64,000 bases of DNA from Guillardia theta CCMP2712 (Eukaryota; Protista; Cryptophyta), in contig NW_005434632.1 in NCBI RefSeq assembly GCF_000315625.1, forward strand, positions 329,227 through 393,226. Reading direction: 5' to 3'. Shown in pieces: positions 48,321 to 61,659 of the stretch. A program made the position numbers and the translations under genes. The notes beneath the pieces are model-generated. The model did not search any database. It saw nothing but the letters and a program-made list of their open reading frames with translations, and was not told where the DNA came from. How positions within the stretch are numbered: position 1 is the stretch's first letter; the number at the start of each line of letters is the position of its first letter.

Positions 48321-51300
48321 ATGGCGGGGGCTGGGCGATGGCTGGAGGTGCTGGTGGTTATGGCAGCACAGGGAGGAGGGTTGTGCGGCCATCAGTCGGA
48401 GAACTTCCACTCTCCATGCACTTCTCTTCTGCCTCATCCATTCTCTTCGTTCTCGCGCCTTCCTCAGCGGCTCTCTGCTTCCGTCCTCTCTCGACGGTCT
48501 GGGCAAGGGTTTGTCGTCGATAGAATCTATGGAGGGGGTCAGCACGGGGAGGAAGAGCTGGAGCAAGCTTTCCGAGATGAGCCAGAGTTTGTGCAGCATC
48601 GACTGAATGTCTTGGAGAGGGTAAAGGAAAGGTAGATACCTCAAAGCTCGTGTTCGTAGCTCATCCGTCGTGGCAGGATCAACAAGGAAAGGGAGGGCTC
48701 AAGAGCTAGCATACAGGTCTCAATCAAAGGCGGCACCCAGTATGCTGGAGTAAGATGCCAACATTGAACATATTACATTTCAAACTGCCGATCACTCCAC
48801 CTCTGCAGATCGCTGGACAAACTACGCCCAAGGAAGTAGCACTTAATGTCTCCAAAGAGAGACTGTCGGAGTTTGTTGTAGCGCTGGTTAGCTTCTCCTC
48901 ACAGGAGATTCTCCAGGCGAATGAGTTCATGCATGTAGGTGAATGATAACGTGTGGGATTTGGATCGACCTCTGGAAGCAGATTGCATGTGTTCTCTCGC
49001 CAGTTTATCGGACTTGATCTAACGCTGATCGCAGACTTGATTTCCTGACCTTCGATGATGAAAGGGGAAAAGAAGTTTTCTGGCACTCTTCTGCACACAT
49101 CTTAGGGCAGGTTCTCAGCATACGAGAGGACTTCAACTATCCCTCCTCAAAGAGACGAGCAGGCATTGGAGCTACAGCACAAAGCGCTCCTCGTCACGGG
49201 ACCTCCGACGGAGGAAGGATTCTTCTATGATGTCAGGCTTGCAAACGGTCTGACCATTGCGATGATTATGTTTTGATCTGACAAAGGCGATAGGCACAGC
49301 GATATCGATGACAGAAATTAAGGGTAAGTCCGAGATTCACCTATGTTGCTAACTTGCTTAGCTTGTAATGACAACAGTGATGGTTGTGGTGGTTGTGTGG
49401 TAGTTATAGCGATGATGGTAACCGGCGGGCAAGGGAATAAGGAGAGTAGTAGATGGTTGAGGAAGGCAGCGGGGCGATGTTGAGGCTAGTAGGAAGATTT
49501 GTCTCTCTGAAGCTTTTGGACAGACTTGGAGTCCAAGGTCGCTGCGATAATCAAATCGAAGCAGGTGAAACCAGAGCTCAACAACAGTAATTGATCGCTT
49601 TCTAGAAATTCGTTCGATATGAAATGCTAAAAGAAGAGGCGATCGAGATGTTCAAGTACAATCCGTATAAGCTCGACATCATCGCCCGCAAGGTTCGCTA
49701 AATTAGCGTTGCCCCTGATCTTGACGTCTCCACCAGGTGCCGGATGGTGGAAGGTGTACGGCTTATCAGTGCGGACCTTTGATTGGTGTGAATGTACATC
49801 CCACCAAGATTTGGAGTTTTGACCTTTCTCATTTCCCTCCCTCCCTCCCTCCGTTCCCTCCCATCCCTCCTTTCTCTCCCTCCCTTGTTCTCTCTCCTCC
49901 CCCCCTCTCTACCTTCCACCAACTCTCCCAACCCCTCTGATTCAATCTCCTCCTTTTATCCTTGCAGATCTGTGTCGTGGCCCGCACGTCTCTCATACAG
50001 GGATCGTTAAAGTGAGTGCAAGAATGCAGGTTGAAGGCAATCTCATCTCCCTTCAGGCATTCTCGATCCAGAAGACATCATCCTCATACTGGAAAGGGGA
50101 CAGTAAACAAGATGCATTGCAGGTACTTTCACCTCTTGGATTCCTTGAAATGAAAAAGAAATCAGAGAGTTTATGGGATATCCTTCCCGGACAAGAAGCG
50201 GCTCAAGGATTATGAGGTCTTCTTTCGCCTTGCCTTGCCTTGCCTTGCCTTGCCATCAACCGGATCATATCTTGACAAATCATTCTATTCTACTTACAGA
50301 CTTGGATCGAAGAGGCGAAGTCAAGAGATCACAGAACGATCGGGAGGGAGCAGGTGATTATCAATGTTACCTGTGCAGATTGTGATTCGTTTTCCTCACT
50401 CCGGCAGGAATTTTTCATGTTTCACCCTTTAAGTCCGGGTAAGAGAGCATAGATCATCTATTGTTCTACTGACTGAAATCACGGAAAAGGGTCGTGTTTT
50501 TTCTTGCCACATGGGGCAATTGTCTACAACAGGTGAGACTTTTAGGATGTGTCTTTGCGCTGTGACAATCTTTTTGAAATGTCAAGGCTTGTCGAAATGT
50601 TGAGAAGAGAATATCGGTTAAGAAGATACAAAGAAGTCATCACTCCAAACTTGTTCAACATGAAACTGTGGATTTTCGTTGCTGCGATTGACCTTCTCGT
50701 GACTTGAACATCTTGCAGGTGGGATATCAGCGGGCATTCTGCTCATTACAGGTACATGTTTCTTGCACTTGAATCAGCTGCTCAAAGATAGGCAGAGAAA
50801 ACATGTTCCTGTTTGAAGAAAAGCACGACGGAATGACAGAGAAAACCAAGGATAATGTAAATCAAGATGAACAAGGACAAGATGGAATCCATAAAGGTCG
50901 CCAGTCTCATCAGGAGACATGCGAGACAATTGGATTGAAACCGATGAACTGTCCAGGTATTCTTTCTCTTCTTCTTCTTTTGTTTGTGATGGTTGGAAAG
51001 GTCACTGTCTAATCTTTGCAAGCAAGACGTAAGTCAGCATGATGACACGCCATGGGCTGTTTTGACATCACCGCAAGTCGGTCCTATCGTGAACTCCCGC
51101 TCCGTCTCGCAGACTTTGGAGTCTTGCATCGCAACGAGCTGGCAGGTGTGGGCTCAAACCAAATGCCAGTCAGCTCAGCAGACTACAGGTGCCCTCTCCG
51201 GGTTGACGAGGGTTCGGAGGTTTCAGCAGGTGAGTCTACAGCTCGAGGATTGGAGCCCGAGTGACTTGGTTCTTGATTGTAGGACGACGCACACATATTT

Positions 51301-52928
51301 TGCGAGTTGAATGATGTTCAAAAAGGTTCTCTGCCAACCACCTGACGTCTTGTAGTGTCGTAAGAGATGGTTTCTGCGATATACAGAGATATCCGACGTG
51401 CTCGAGTTTGTCAAGACCATCTACTCTCGGTTCAACCTCGACTACCATGTCTGTCTCTCGACGCGTCCAGAGGTGAGGTTCTGTACTTGTGCAGATGATA
51501 CAAACTGAAGTGACTTCTGCCCTTTACTGCCCTCTCTCCAGAAATTTGTTGGGGGTGTGGATAAGTGGAACATGGCGGAGAAGCAGCTTGAAGATGCGCT
51601 GAATGTATGTTGAATTTGCATCCGTGGAGAACTTGTTTCTTTCCACCATGACAAGATGAATTGCAGGCCCATGGAAAACAATGGCAGCTGAAGCCCGGCG
51701 ATGGCGCTTTTTATGGCCCGAAGATCGGTAAGTGCTAGTGAAGGTGGCTGGCGTGACACGTCAAACTCCCTTGTTGAGTCCTGTGCTATCAACTCGAGGA
51801 CAGAAACCCTCACAATGACTCTTTCACTTTTTCGTAGACATCACAGTCGTCGACGCCCTAAACAGAAGGCATCAATGTGCGACGATTCAGGTTCATCACT
51901 TGACTTGTGACTTGCTACCACTGCTCCCTGACTGTCTTGGAACAAGTTGGACTTTCAACTGCCCGAGAGGTTCAACTTGTCGTTCGCAAGTCAGGACTCA
52001 GTTCACGGCGGGTTTTCTCGCCCCGTAATCATTCACAGAGGTGAGAAATCAAGACTACTCGCTCTGCCTTTTCGTTTCCTGACGCGTCTGGACAGCTATC
52101 TTTGGATCAGTTGAGCGTTTTTTTGCTATGATCCTTGAGCATACAGCAGGGAAGGTGAACTTTTGTATACAATCTTTGATGTTGTTTCATTGACAATCGT
52201 CTTTCTCCACTCCAATTACTATGTCTCCCTTCTCACACCCCTTTCCTCGTTCCCTTCCTCTCCCCTCCTCGCTCTTTCAGCTCCCCTTGTGGCTGTCACC
52301 GAAACAGGTCCTCATGACTTTGTCTTTTTATTGCCGAGGACTGAGTCAATTGCGTCAAGGTTGCAATCCTTCCAGTCTCACAGGACCAGGTCTGTTTGAT
52401 CTCTGCACGCAATGTCTTGACAGCAGCCAACAAGGTCTCGTATGCTCAACAAGTCGAAACCACCTTGATCGAGAAGGTTTCTTCAGATAGACATTGAAGT
52501 CTTTCTGACACCTGTTGCAGGGGTTTTGTGCGTATGTTGATGATTCGGACAACACGTTGAAGAAGAAGATCCGGTACACACAACAGCCTCTTGATTCTTT
52601 TTGACTTGTTGTAGGCAAAATCAACTGCTGCAATACAACTACATCCTTGTTGTTGGCAAAGAGGAGGTCAGAGACAACAACTCTTGAACTTCTCAGTCTT
52701 GCTCTCCGTTTCTCTCAGATCACAACAGGTGGAGTTATCGGCGGTGAATGTTCGCTCGCGAGACAACGTGGTGAGTGTTTGGAATTTGGGAATGACAACC
52801 AACATAACGTGGAATCGACTTGATTATCGACGATCCGGCTAATCTTCACTTCTGCCCAGGTGCATGGAACCAAAACTTTGCAAGACTTCATTGAGCAGCT
52901 GAAAGGAGAAGTTGAAAGTTTCCTTTGA
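48321..52928 (+). CDS. TARS: Threonyl-tRNA synthetase, eukaryotic cytosolic type, with N-terminal extension; many very short exons
   Basis: [11 protein letters not shown]; [14 protein letters not shown]; [11 protein letters not shown]; DLCRGPHV; RDHRTIG; [10 protein letters not shown]; [20 protein letters not shown]; [17 protein letters not shown]; [11 protein letters not shown]; QCATIQLDFQLP; [15 protein letters not shown]; TLKKKIR; TGA at 52926-52928. Confidence 0.95.
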
Positions 52929-53059
52929 AGCTGAGGGGAGAAGTTGAAAGCTTCCTTGAAAACTGAAGAGGGGGAATAGAACGTTTCCTTTAACATCATG
53001 CTACTGTTTAAATATCATCTTCGCTCGCTGGAGGTTGAAACGGGAGGAACGAGGCTACG

Positions 53060-55929
53060 TCACCTTTCATATCGGGTGCAGGACGGCACGTCCGGGGCAA
53101 AGCGGTCATACCTGCACGGACATGACGTGAGGAGGAGGGAGGAGGAGGATGCGCAGACGTTCCCACCAGAGCTCGAACTGGATTTGAGATTTACAATCTC
53201 GCAAGCCCTCCAACTTTTTCCACTGGTTGATCCACGTGCCGTACCTCCCTCCCTGCTGCTTGAGAAACTGTAGACCGTCAGTCATCGGGTCTCTAGGCGA
53301 GAGGAGGGAGGGAGAATCGGATTAGAGTAGAGGATTGCCCTATGAAAGGACCGAGAGAGAAGCAACAAGGGGCTACAGGGCAGGACGGGAAAGCAGTCCT
53401 GACCTTCTTCAGGTTGATTTCACACTTGCCCAGGAAGTCGTGGGAGGTGAAGGTGTCATGATCCCACACTGACATCTCGATCTTATCCGCATCCTCGTTG
53501 AAGACAAACATCTCAAACTGCTCGTTGAAGACTGGAAAGCACGTGGCTTCCAAGGTCTTGGTCTTCCTGACCTGCTCCACCGACGGGTGTGAGATAGAAA
53601 ATCTCGTTGACTCTACACGTCTGCCCTGCTCCCCCGTGGATTTCTCTCCTCATCCGCGCACTCCCTCCTCTCTAACCTCCTCTTCATCCTGTTGTTGCAA
53701 CAAACTACTGATGCCCCTTCTCCCCTCTCCCCTCCCTCCTTCTTCCCCTCCCTCCCTCCCTCCCTCCCTCCCTCCCTCCCTCCTCCCTCCCTCCCTCCCT
53801 CTTCCTCCTCCCTCCCTCCCTCTTCCTCCTCCCTCCCTCCCTCCCTCCCTCCCTCTTCCTCCTCCTCCTTATCATCTCCCCCCTCCCCCTCCCTCCTCGT
53901 TATCATCACTCCTCCTCTCCTCCCCCTCATCACCATCACCTGCGGCTCACGTCCTGCAGCATGTAGCGTGATCTTCACGTAGGGGTCTGACTGCCCTGTG
54001 TCCCAGTCCGACGCCACGAGCTCCACAGCTTGCACAATGCGCAACCTCAGCACACCAACAGCCTCGGGCTCGCTGACGACCAGCTGATCGGGGGAGAGGA
54101 GGAGCTCGACCATGTTCGGGAGCACCAGCACGTCCTTCCACATGTGCCCGATGGAGAACTGAAGCGCCTCCTTCAGCCCGGGGATGGCAGAGACTTTGGA
54201 GCCATGCAGCGACACGTCGAACCTGGTCTTGGGGGGCGACAGAGCAGCGATGGCTACCGAGGTGATGGGAGACTCTTGGATGGCACTGCTGGGGTCAGCG
54301 AGCTTCGAGGGAGATACCTTGGGCTTCAGGCGCACCCGACACCACATGGGGAATTCGAGATCAAACCCATGGAGGCGGAGCCTAGTGGGGATGTAGGCGG
54401 GTTTGAGGAAGCCCTTGATCTCAAAGCCTCCTCCCTCCTCCATCACCCATCGCAGCACGCACAGAAGCTGGATCTCCTGGTCTGACTTGGTCGTGAGCAG
54501 CTTGAGCTCTCTGATCCACGGGGATCGAGTAGAGAGGTTGACTTCTTGTACCCTGCCATAGGAAGAAGAGCAAGGGAGGAGGAGGAGGAGGAGAAGGAGG
54601 AGAAAGATGAAGAGAGGGAAGGAGAGGGTAAAGTCAGAATTTCAAATGTTATCCGCTATTTCATCTTCACCTCAACGATGCGAACCCATCGAGCTGAGCG
54701 AGAGATGTCTGAAGCGACAGAGCAATCTCTGACTCCAGCATCTGCCCAACTGGCCCCCTCCACAGGGAGCGGATGAGGCCGTTGAAGAACTCGGTGTCGG
54801 ACGCGAGGGGCGAGGAGGAGGAAACCTCTGCCGAGCCCTTCCATGCTGGCGTCTGCTTGGAGCTCAACCTCGATCCGATCAGGTCGATCAAAACTTTCGC
54901 CTGGTAGAACTTGCGCGTGATCACTCGGTCGTGCACCAAGAGCAGGAGCTCAGCAAGCATCCTCGCGGAGCTCAGCACAGGCCTCAACAGCAGGAGAGTT
55001 CGCCCCACATGCTCGGGGAGGAGGCGCCGCTGATCGGAGGACGCTGCGGTCACCCGATCAGCCCTACGCCACCTATCTCGCAAGGTTCCTCCCTCCCTTC
55101 CTCTCTCCTCCTTGTCCCGATGCTCGCCTTCCTTATGCCCCTTCATGTTGTGCCCCAGCAGGAGCGCAGTGCCCAGCAGGACGAGGCTCCTGGGCGAGAA
55201 GACCTCCTTGACAACCTTGCGCAAGTTGATCCTCCTCTCCGACGCTTTGGGGGCGATACGGTCGAAGAGCACGGAGAAGTCCATGTTAGAAGTCAAGTTC
55301 GTCTCGTTGAACAGCGTTGAGTTCTCCGGGATCTCCCGGAGGAGGGACCTCATGTCCTCCCTCGCCTTCTCCGCCCTCCCCCTGCAGTCGTCCAGCGTCT
55401 CTTTCAGCTGCTCGATCTGCGAGCACTTCTTGGCGATCTGCTCGGCGAGGAGGGGGAGGCGGGACTCTTCAGACAGCAGCTCTCGCAGGATCGCAGGATG
55501 CGCAGACTGTGCCCCCGAGCCCTGCACAGCAGCGACGGCGCGAAGGTCCCGCACGAGCTGCTCGACCCGCGCGCGCTCCTGCGTCAGGGATGCTGTGTGG
55601 TTGGTTTTCCGCTCGATCTTGGCCTCTAGCTCATGCTGCTCCGTCAGGACTCTGACGAGGTTTTCCTTGGCCTGCTCCACCAGGACCCCAATCTGACACT
55701 CGTCCAACGAGCTCGTGCTCTCCCTTACGAACTGCCCGAAGCACTGCGAGGAAATGGCTGGGATCAACCATGCGCTGGCGTTGCAGCATGGGGCGAACAG
55801 GGCGTCAAACAGCGAGTTGGAGGGTCTGGGGCTTGCTGGAGGAACGACCCTTGAGGCATCAAGGGGAGGAGACGATCCATGGACGAGATCAGCGAGGAAG
55901 AAACAGAGGAGGAGAAGGATCGGGCTCAT
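53060..55929 (-). CDS. Synaptotagmin-like SMP + C2 protein with signal-peptide-like N-terminus and coiled coil
   Basis: MSPILLLLCFFLADLVHG; coiled-coil segment; SMP-like EFFNGLIRSLW...AIPGLKEAL...DVLVLPN; C2 GVLRLRIVQAVEL...SDPYVKI|...PVFNEQF...VWDHDTFTSHDFLGKCEI. Confidence 0.82.
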
Positions 55930-56251
55930 GTCGACTTGCTTCCTTCACATCCCAGCCCTCGAGATCCTCCTCCTCCTCCTCCTCCTCCTCCTCCTCCTCC
56001 TCCTCCTCCTCCTCCTCGCTCCTTTCGGCTCCGAAACAATTCCGTCTCATATTGACTACCCCACCCCCTGATACACTGCCATTGACCCCACCTTTTGTCA
56101 TCAAGTCTCCACTGGTCGCAATAACGAATTGGGTCATGAAGTAATAAGGAGGAGGAGGAGGAGGAGGAGGAGGAGGAGAAGAGGAGGAGGAGGAGGAGGA
56201 GGAGGAGGAGATAATGGTGACGATGATTTTACTTGACATTTTATGTAGAGA

Positions 56252-57929
56252 TTACATGGTAGAATTTTCCACCGAAAACACAGAAGACGTGCGTGAGTCA
56301 AACCTGCGTACTTGCAATGTCCGGTTTCTTTTTTCAGCCTGACTCATCGTTAGACAATCATCAACAATACCATCACCAACATCAATGTCATTATCATTAT
56401 CAACATATCTCCACCAACCATCACCAACATCATCATCATCATCATTATCAACACATCTCCACCATCTTACATCATCAGCTCGCTTCTTCACGGATTCCAT
56501 TTCACGTTCACTCCGGTAAACCTGAATCCAAGGTGTTATCACGAATAGACAAGTGAAAGATGTTGAAGAGAACCTGTTTTGCATACAAGACAGCATGATC
56601 TCTCTCTATCCTCTCTATCTCCTGCGCTTTCTGGGCCTGATAGGAACAACCATGAGCAGGAGAACTAGCTGTTGAAGTCAAGAACCCACATTCGCGTCTG
56701 ATAGTGTTCTTCTAAGGCGCTCGTTTTCTGCCTTGCAAACTTGGAAGTCTCGCTCCACCTTGATCATCATCGCCATCCCCGTCATTCATGATGATGAAGA
56801 TGATGATGAAGATGATGATGAAGATGATGATGATGATGATGATGATGATGAAATGAAGAATTCAAGTCACTCACCTTTCCTGCACTCTCTTTCAAGCAAG
56901 AGAGCTCGCTGCACAACAGTTTGTTCTGTTCGCCTGTCAGCCTCAAGTCGACATACTTTCATCATCACCTCTTTCTCGTAAGATTGATTCTTAAGTCGAA
57001 CAGACTCAGTTTCTCTGACCACACGTGTCACCTTGAGCAACAACATGATGTTGATCTGAGACTACATGTTGATAGCTGTTAGCTTTGCAATCTGGGCATC
57101 CTTCTTTCTTATCTCAGCCTGACAAAATTTCTCTCATGACAGAGAAAAAGGGAGGGCAAGAGGTATAGAGAGGACACAGCACGAGCAAGGTGGAACACAT
57201 CAACGAAGAAATCAGCGAGTGAATTGTCTTGTGATACCAAACAGAAAGAAAACTCGTGCAAGAAGCAAGACACAAACACAACCATTCATGATTGCCGTGA
57301 CAATGATCAATCAACAGACAGCTCCGCCATACACCGACCTTGAGATCTGCAAGCTCCTTAGCCCACTCTCTCGCTTGCGCCGCGTGCTCTTTGTGTTGGT
57401 ATTCCCTCATCTTCATCTTCACAGTCAGACATGCTCGCCAATCTCGCGTCTCACCGTCTGTTCGCATTCAAGCTCCTTGTGCTGTCTTTCAATCTTCTGA
57501 CAGAGCTCGCCGTTCTCCTGCAGACAAAGTCCGTTGGCCCTAGCAGCAGAGAGGGCCGGCGGTTTTCCTTCACCTCGGCCAGGGATTGCGACGCATGCAT
57601 TATCTCCTTGGACAACTTGAACGTGTGAATGTCAACATCCCACAACTGATCGCTTCTAGCAGCAAGGCCAAACCTGCATCCCCACAAAGAAGTTTTGAGT
57701 CAGCTCTGCTGTGTTGGTCTTGAAAGTCTCCTGGTGCCTCCTCAAGCTCTCCTCTCCATCCTGCGCACTGACTATGAGCAAGAGGAGATGAAAGGCTTCT
57801 GCTCTCGCGCACCTTGAGCAGCGAGTTCAGAATCTGGTTGTCCTTTGTGAGCAATTTCATTTTCCTCCGCTCTGGTTTTGTTTGCAGTCATCCCATCAAC
57901 TCGGTTGACAAGAGCAAGAGCGAGAGCGA

Positions 57930-57988
<59 letters not shown>

Positions 57989-60900
57989 AGAGCAGGAGCA
58001 AGAGCAAGAGCAATGAGGAGATTTACGAGGAGGAGTCTGTGGAGAGGAGGAGGAATGGATGTAGAGAAAGGAGCAGAGACATAACGAAGATCGGCTGCTG
58101 TGGAAGCAACCGAAAGTGTCCGAAACATGCAGGAAGATCAGAACTGCTTTCACCTTGTAGAAGGATTGCTTGAATTTCTCGGATCTCCAATCTTTGATCA
58201 ATGTTGATAGCCCTTTCTCGCTCCAGCTCAAGCTCCAACTGCAACCATCGTCATCTCCGTCGTCATTGTCAGGATGGCCATCATGGAACCAGGAAGAAAC
58301 AGAGGGAGAGGGAGAGGGAGAGGGAGAGGGAGAGGGAGAGCGGCAGCGGGAGCGAGGGGGGAGCAGGAGAGCGGGAGAGGGAAAGGGAGAGGGGAACGGG
58401 GATACTGCGTGATCTGAACATCACCTGCTTGCTCCTTGTGTGCTCAGATTCGACCCGCGACTTGAGGTTGGACATCTATCGATGGAGTGAAGGAGCGCAG
58501 CCGCGAGGAGGAGGAGGAGGAGGAGGAGGAGGTCTCCTACCTCAACATGCAGGAGAGCGATCTGCTCGTTCATCCTCCGGACTTTGTAATCGTTCACTTC
58601 TCGCTGGCTGCCCGTCACAGGAAGGAGCAGCAAAGACGGTCGTCACGGGAGACTTACATGCGGAATCTGATCTTTCTTCAGCTCGTCGTACTCCGACATG
58701 AGCGACTGTAGCTTTGCGTCCGCTCGCAGCTACCAAGGGACGTCAGAGCTTGGATCCAGGCCAGCGCATGTCGGGCTGACTTTGGACGCGAACAGTTTGA
58801 CGTTGTCTCTGTGCAACCTCGCAACATTCTTCTCATTTCTGTGAGTTCAAGAAACGATCTCAGTTCAAGAAACAATCTCAGTTGACAACAGATATGAGAG
58901 TTACATGTCCGGGTCATTCAACTCTTGTTCTTTCCTGTCGTCCTCCGGCTTCTTTCCGTCGTCATACCCCTTCTCCTCGATCCTATCCTCGTCTCTGAAA
59001 TTTCATCGTCAACACGTTCGAACGCTCTCAAAGCACATGCGAGACTCACATGACAGGGGTATCGAACTCGTCGAACATTCCTGATCTTCCGATGCTGTCC
59101 TCACTTGAACAGCTTGACGCTTTTGCCATCTAGTCATCATCGTCAGCTGACGGTGAAGCTGTCTCCAGCAAGTCAAAGAACAACTTCATCATATGTGCTG
59201 TCAAGGATCCACGCATCGCGGAGAACGGGAGTCTTGAGCCGATCTGTCTTCTCGACCTTCGTCTTTGCCTTCTCCTTCTCACGCACGACTCACTTGAAAC
59301 TCTCCAGCTCTCGTATCCCCTCCTTTGTTACCTCCCTGCCATCCTTTCCGAGTGCCGTGCCCTCTGGATGTTGGCAGATGAAGAGCGTCGTGTGCTGGCA
59401 GGTAGCAGGGAAGAGAAGTTCCTGTTGAGGAGACATCAAAACCATCTGAGCACAACAAGAGACAGAGGAGTCGACCTCTGCTATCTCCTCCTGTTCCCTC
59501 TTGTCACTCGACGACGCCTTCTCGATGCTCGCCCTCCATGCTCCCTTCTTCCCTCTCTCCCTGCTCATCGAGCTTCTCTCCGGCTTCGTAAAGCTGCTCT
59601 CACTTGGTCTAACAAGCAACGTGAAGATCTGCACCACCCGTCATGTCTACCGCTCGTTCCCGGCCTCCCTCCCTTCCCTCTCCTCTCTGCCTCCCTTCCC
59701 TCTCTGCCTCCCTCACCTCCCCTCCCTTTCTCTCCTCTCTCCCTCCCCTCCCCATCATCTCCCGTCACCTTCCGGATACGACAGGCGGTCTCAAGCTCGA
59801 TTCTCTCAAGGCCTGATATCTCCCATCAGCACAGCAGCAGCTCTCGGGAGTAGCAACCTCTGAAGGTGAGGGAAGGATGGTACTGTTGGATCAAACCCTC
59901 TACAAAGAATCCGTCAAAACACTCCTCTCCCTCTCCCTCCTTCAGCCCTCCCTCCCTCCCTCCCTCTGTTTCTTCCTCCTTTCTTCCCTCCCTGCTTTTC
60001 CCCTCTCTTCCTCTCTGTTTCTTCCTGCTTTCTCCCCTTCCTCCCTCTCTTTGTCTCCCTCCCCCTGCCATCACCGAGGTCAATCACGACGTTCACCCAG
60101 ACATCAGTCTGGATCGCGAGGGGGAGGCAGATCCGATGCATGTTGTTGAGGAGGGGAGAGAGGATCATGCTGAAGGACAAAGATGAGAAGAAAGATACTT
60201 CGACGTTGCAACATCAACCTGCTGAATGAGATTGTCTTGTCTTTCCCTTCCTGTGAAACCAACTCCTGTCATGCCTTACAATCGAAGCAACAAGGCCGTA
60301 ACCTCTGTTGATAGAAGCAGACTGCAACGAAATCCACTGTGTCCAGAAGGCACAAGGCACTGCAACGAAGTCAAAACAAGATTGGAAACAGTCACATCAG
60401 TTTCAATGTCCAACCTGGAAGACAAGAGTCTTTTGTATCAAGTTCAGTCTTGACGGTTGTTTTGGGATGGCTGAAGGAATCATATGCTAAGATTATGTGC
60501 AATCTTTCAGTTCTTGATCACAAACCTGCTGAAGTCAACAGTATGGTGTAGAGTCCTTTGACATCTGGCAAGATGATCATTTTGACGACCCCCTCAGACC
60601 TTGTAACTGCATTCACCGGCAGAATATTCTCTGACGATCCCTTTGTCGGATCCCCTGTCACAAAGTCAACCAATCATGAACTCAATCATCATCTCAATCA
60701 TCATCTCAATCATCATCTCAATCATCATCTCAATCAGCATCTCCATTTTGATCATCATTATGATAGGATCATCAAGTCATGCCTAAGAATTCAAACCTGG
60801 AAGAGCTTGATTTGATCCCCGTTTGGCTCGAGAACGACCATAAGCTAGTGGGATCCTAGAATATACGCGGCAACAATTCAATCCGAGGAGGGATAGGGGA

Positions 60901-61407
60901 GGAGGGGAGCTTTGGGATGTAAACGTGATGTTCAGCGATCTCACACCTTGCCATGAGAGCTGTACACAAGAATGTGATCTTTGATCTTCTGCGGTTCTGT
61001 GTCGAAGACTGGCGCGCACGTCTCTGCTCGCATCCAAGTCATGGGTGGGATGGCAACGAGAACTCACCGGTGACTGAGTTCGAGGGCATGTCTACGGTTG
61101 CTCCCCTGGTCAAGTTTACGCTTCCATCAGAGTCGAAGGTCCGAGAAGCTCCGACTTCTGTTGCGAGTGACACGCAGGCAGTCAGTAAAAGCATGTGCGG
61201 ATTCAGCAGTGCTCGAATCGATCAATGGCAGGCAGGAGACTCTGCGGCTCCGCTACAATTAGGGGAAGACTCTCTCCCGTGCAGCCTCCCTTCCCCTCCT
61301 CCGTCTCCCTCTCTTTCTCATGCTCCCTCCCTCTCGCTCCCCCTCCCCCTCCCTCCTTCGTCTTTCCCCGCCTTGCTGCCCCATGGATTCTCCGATGCTT
61401 CATCCAT
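56252..61407 (-). CDS. Multi-exon hypothetical protein with a C-terminal coiled-coil region (boundaries approximate)
   Basis: Repeated minus-strand splice signals (ctcac/cttac/ctg on +) around K/E/Q-rich segments such as MREYQHKEHAAQAREWAKELADLK and AEIKKKDAQIAKL; no family motif. Confidence 0.55.
60679..60742. repeat. 12-bp tandem repeat (aatcatcatctc)
   Basis: Direct inspection, ~5 copies. Confidence 0.9.
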
Positions 61408-61578
61408 CAACTGCTCCACCACGCTCCTCCACCACGCTCCTTCAAATCTTTTGAAAACTCTAACACGCCGGGTGAATGACGGTTACTACCCGTTACGATC
61501 TACCGTACGCCGCGCGGCGGGCCCGGGGCCCCCAGGCCCCGGGCCCGGGCCACCGGCCGCGCTACCGTGACTAGCAAA

Positions 61579-61659
61579 TGGCCAGTGCGACAGTGTCAGG
61601 GTCAAGCCTCCTCGACTCTCCTGATTGTCCTCGTACTGATTTTTAACTTAACTTTGAGT
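61579..61659 (+). repeat. Dispersed intergenic element, copy D
   Basis: tggccagtgcgacagtgtcagggtcaagcctcctcgactctcctgattgtcctcgtactgatttttaacttaactttgagt, nearly identical to copy A. Confidence 0.92.

Noticed and set aside
48338-48523. Alternative ThrRS leader [22 protein letters not shown]
   Set aside because: It is out of frame with the conserved PEFVQHRL unless an unverified intron is invoked; the in-frame leader from 48321 is preferred.
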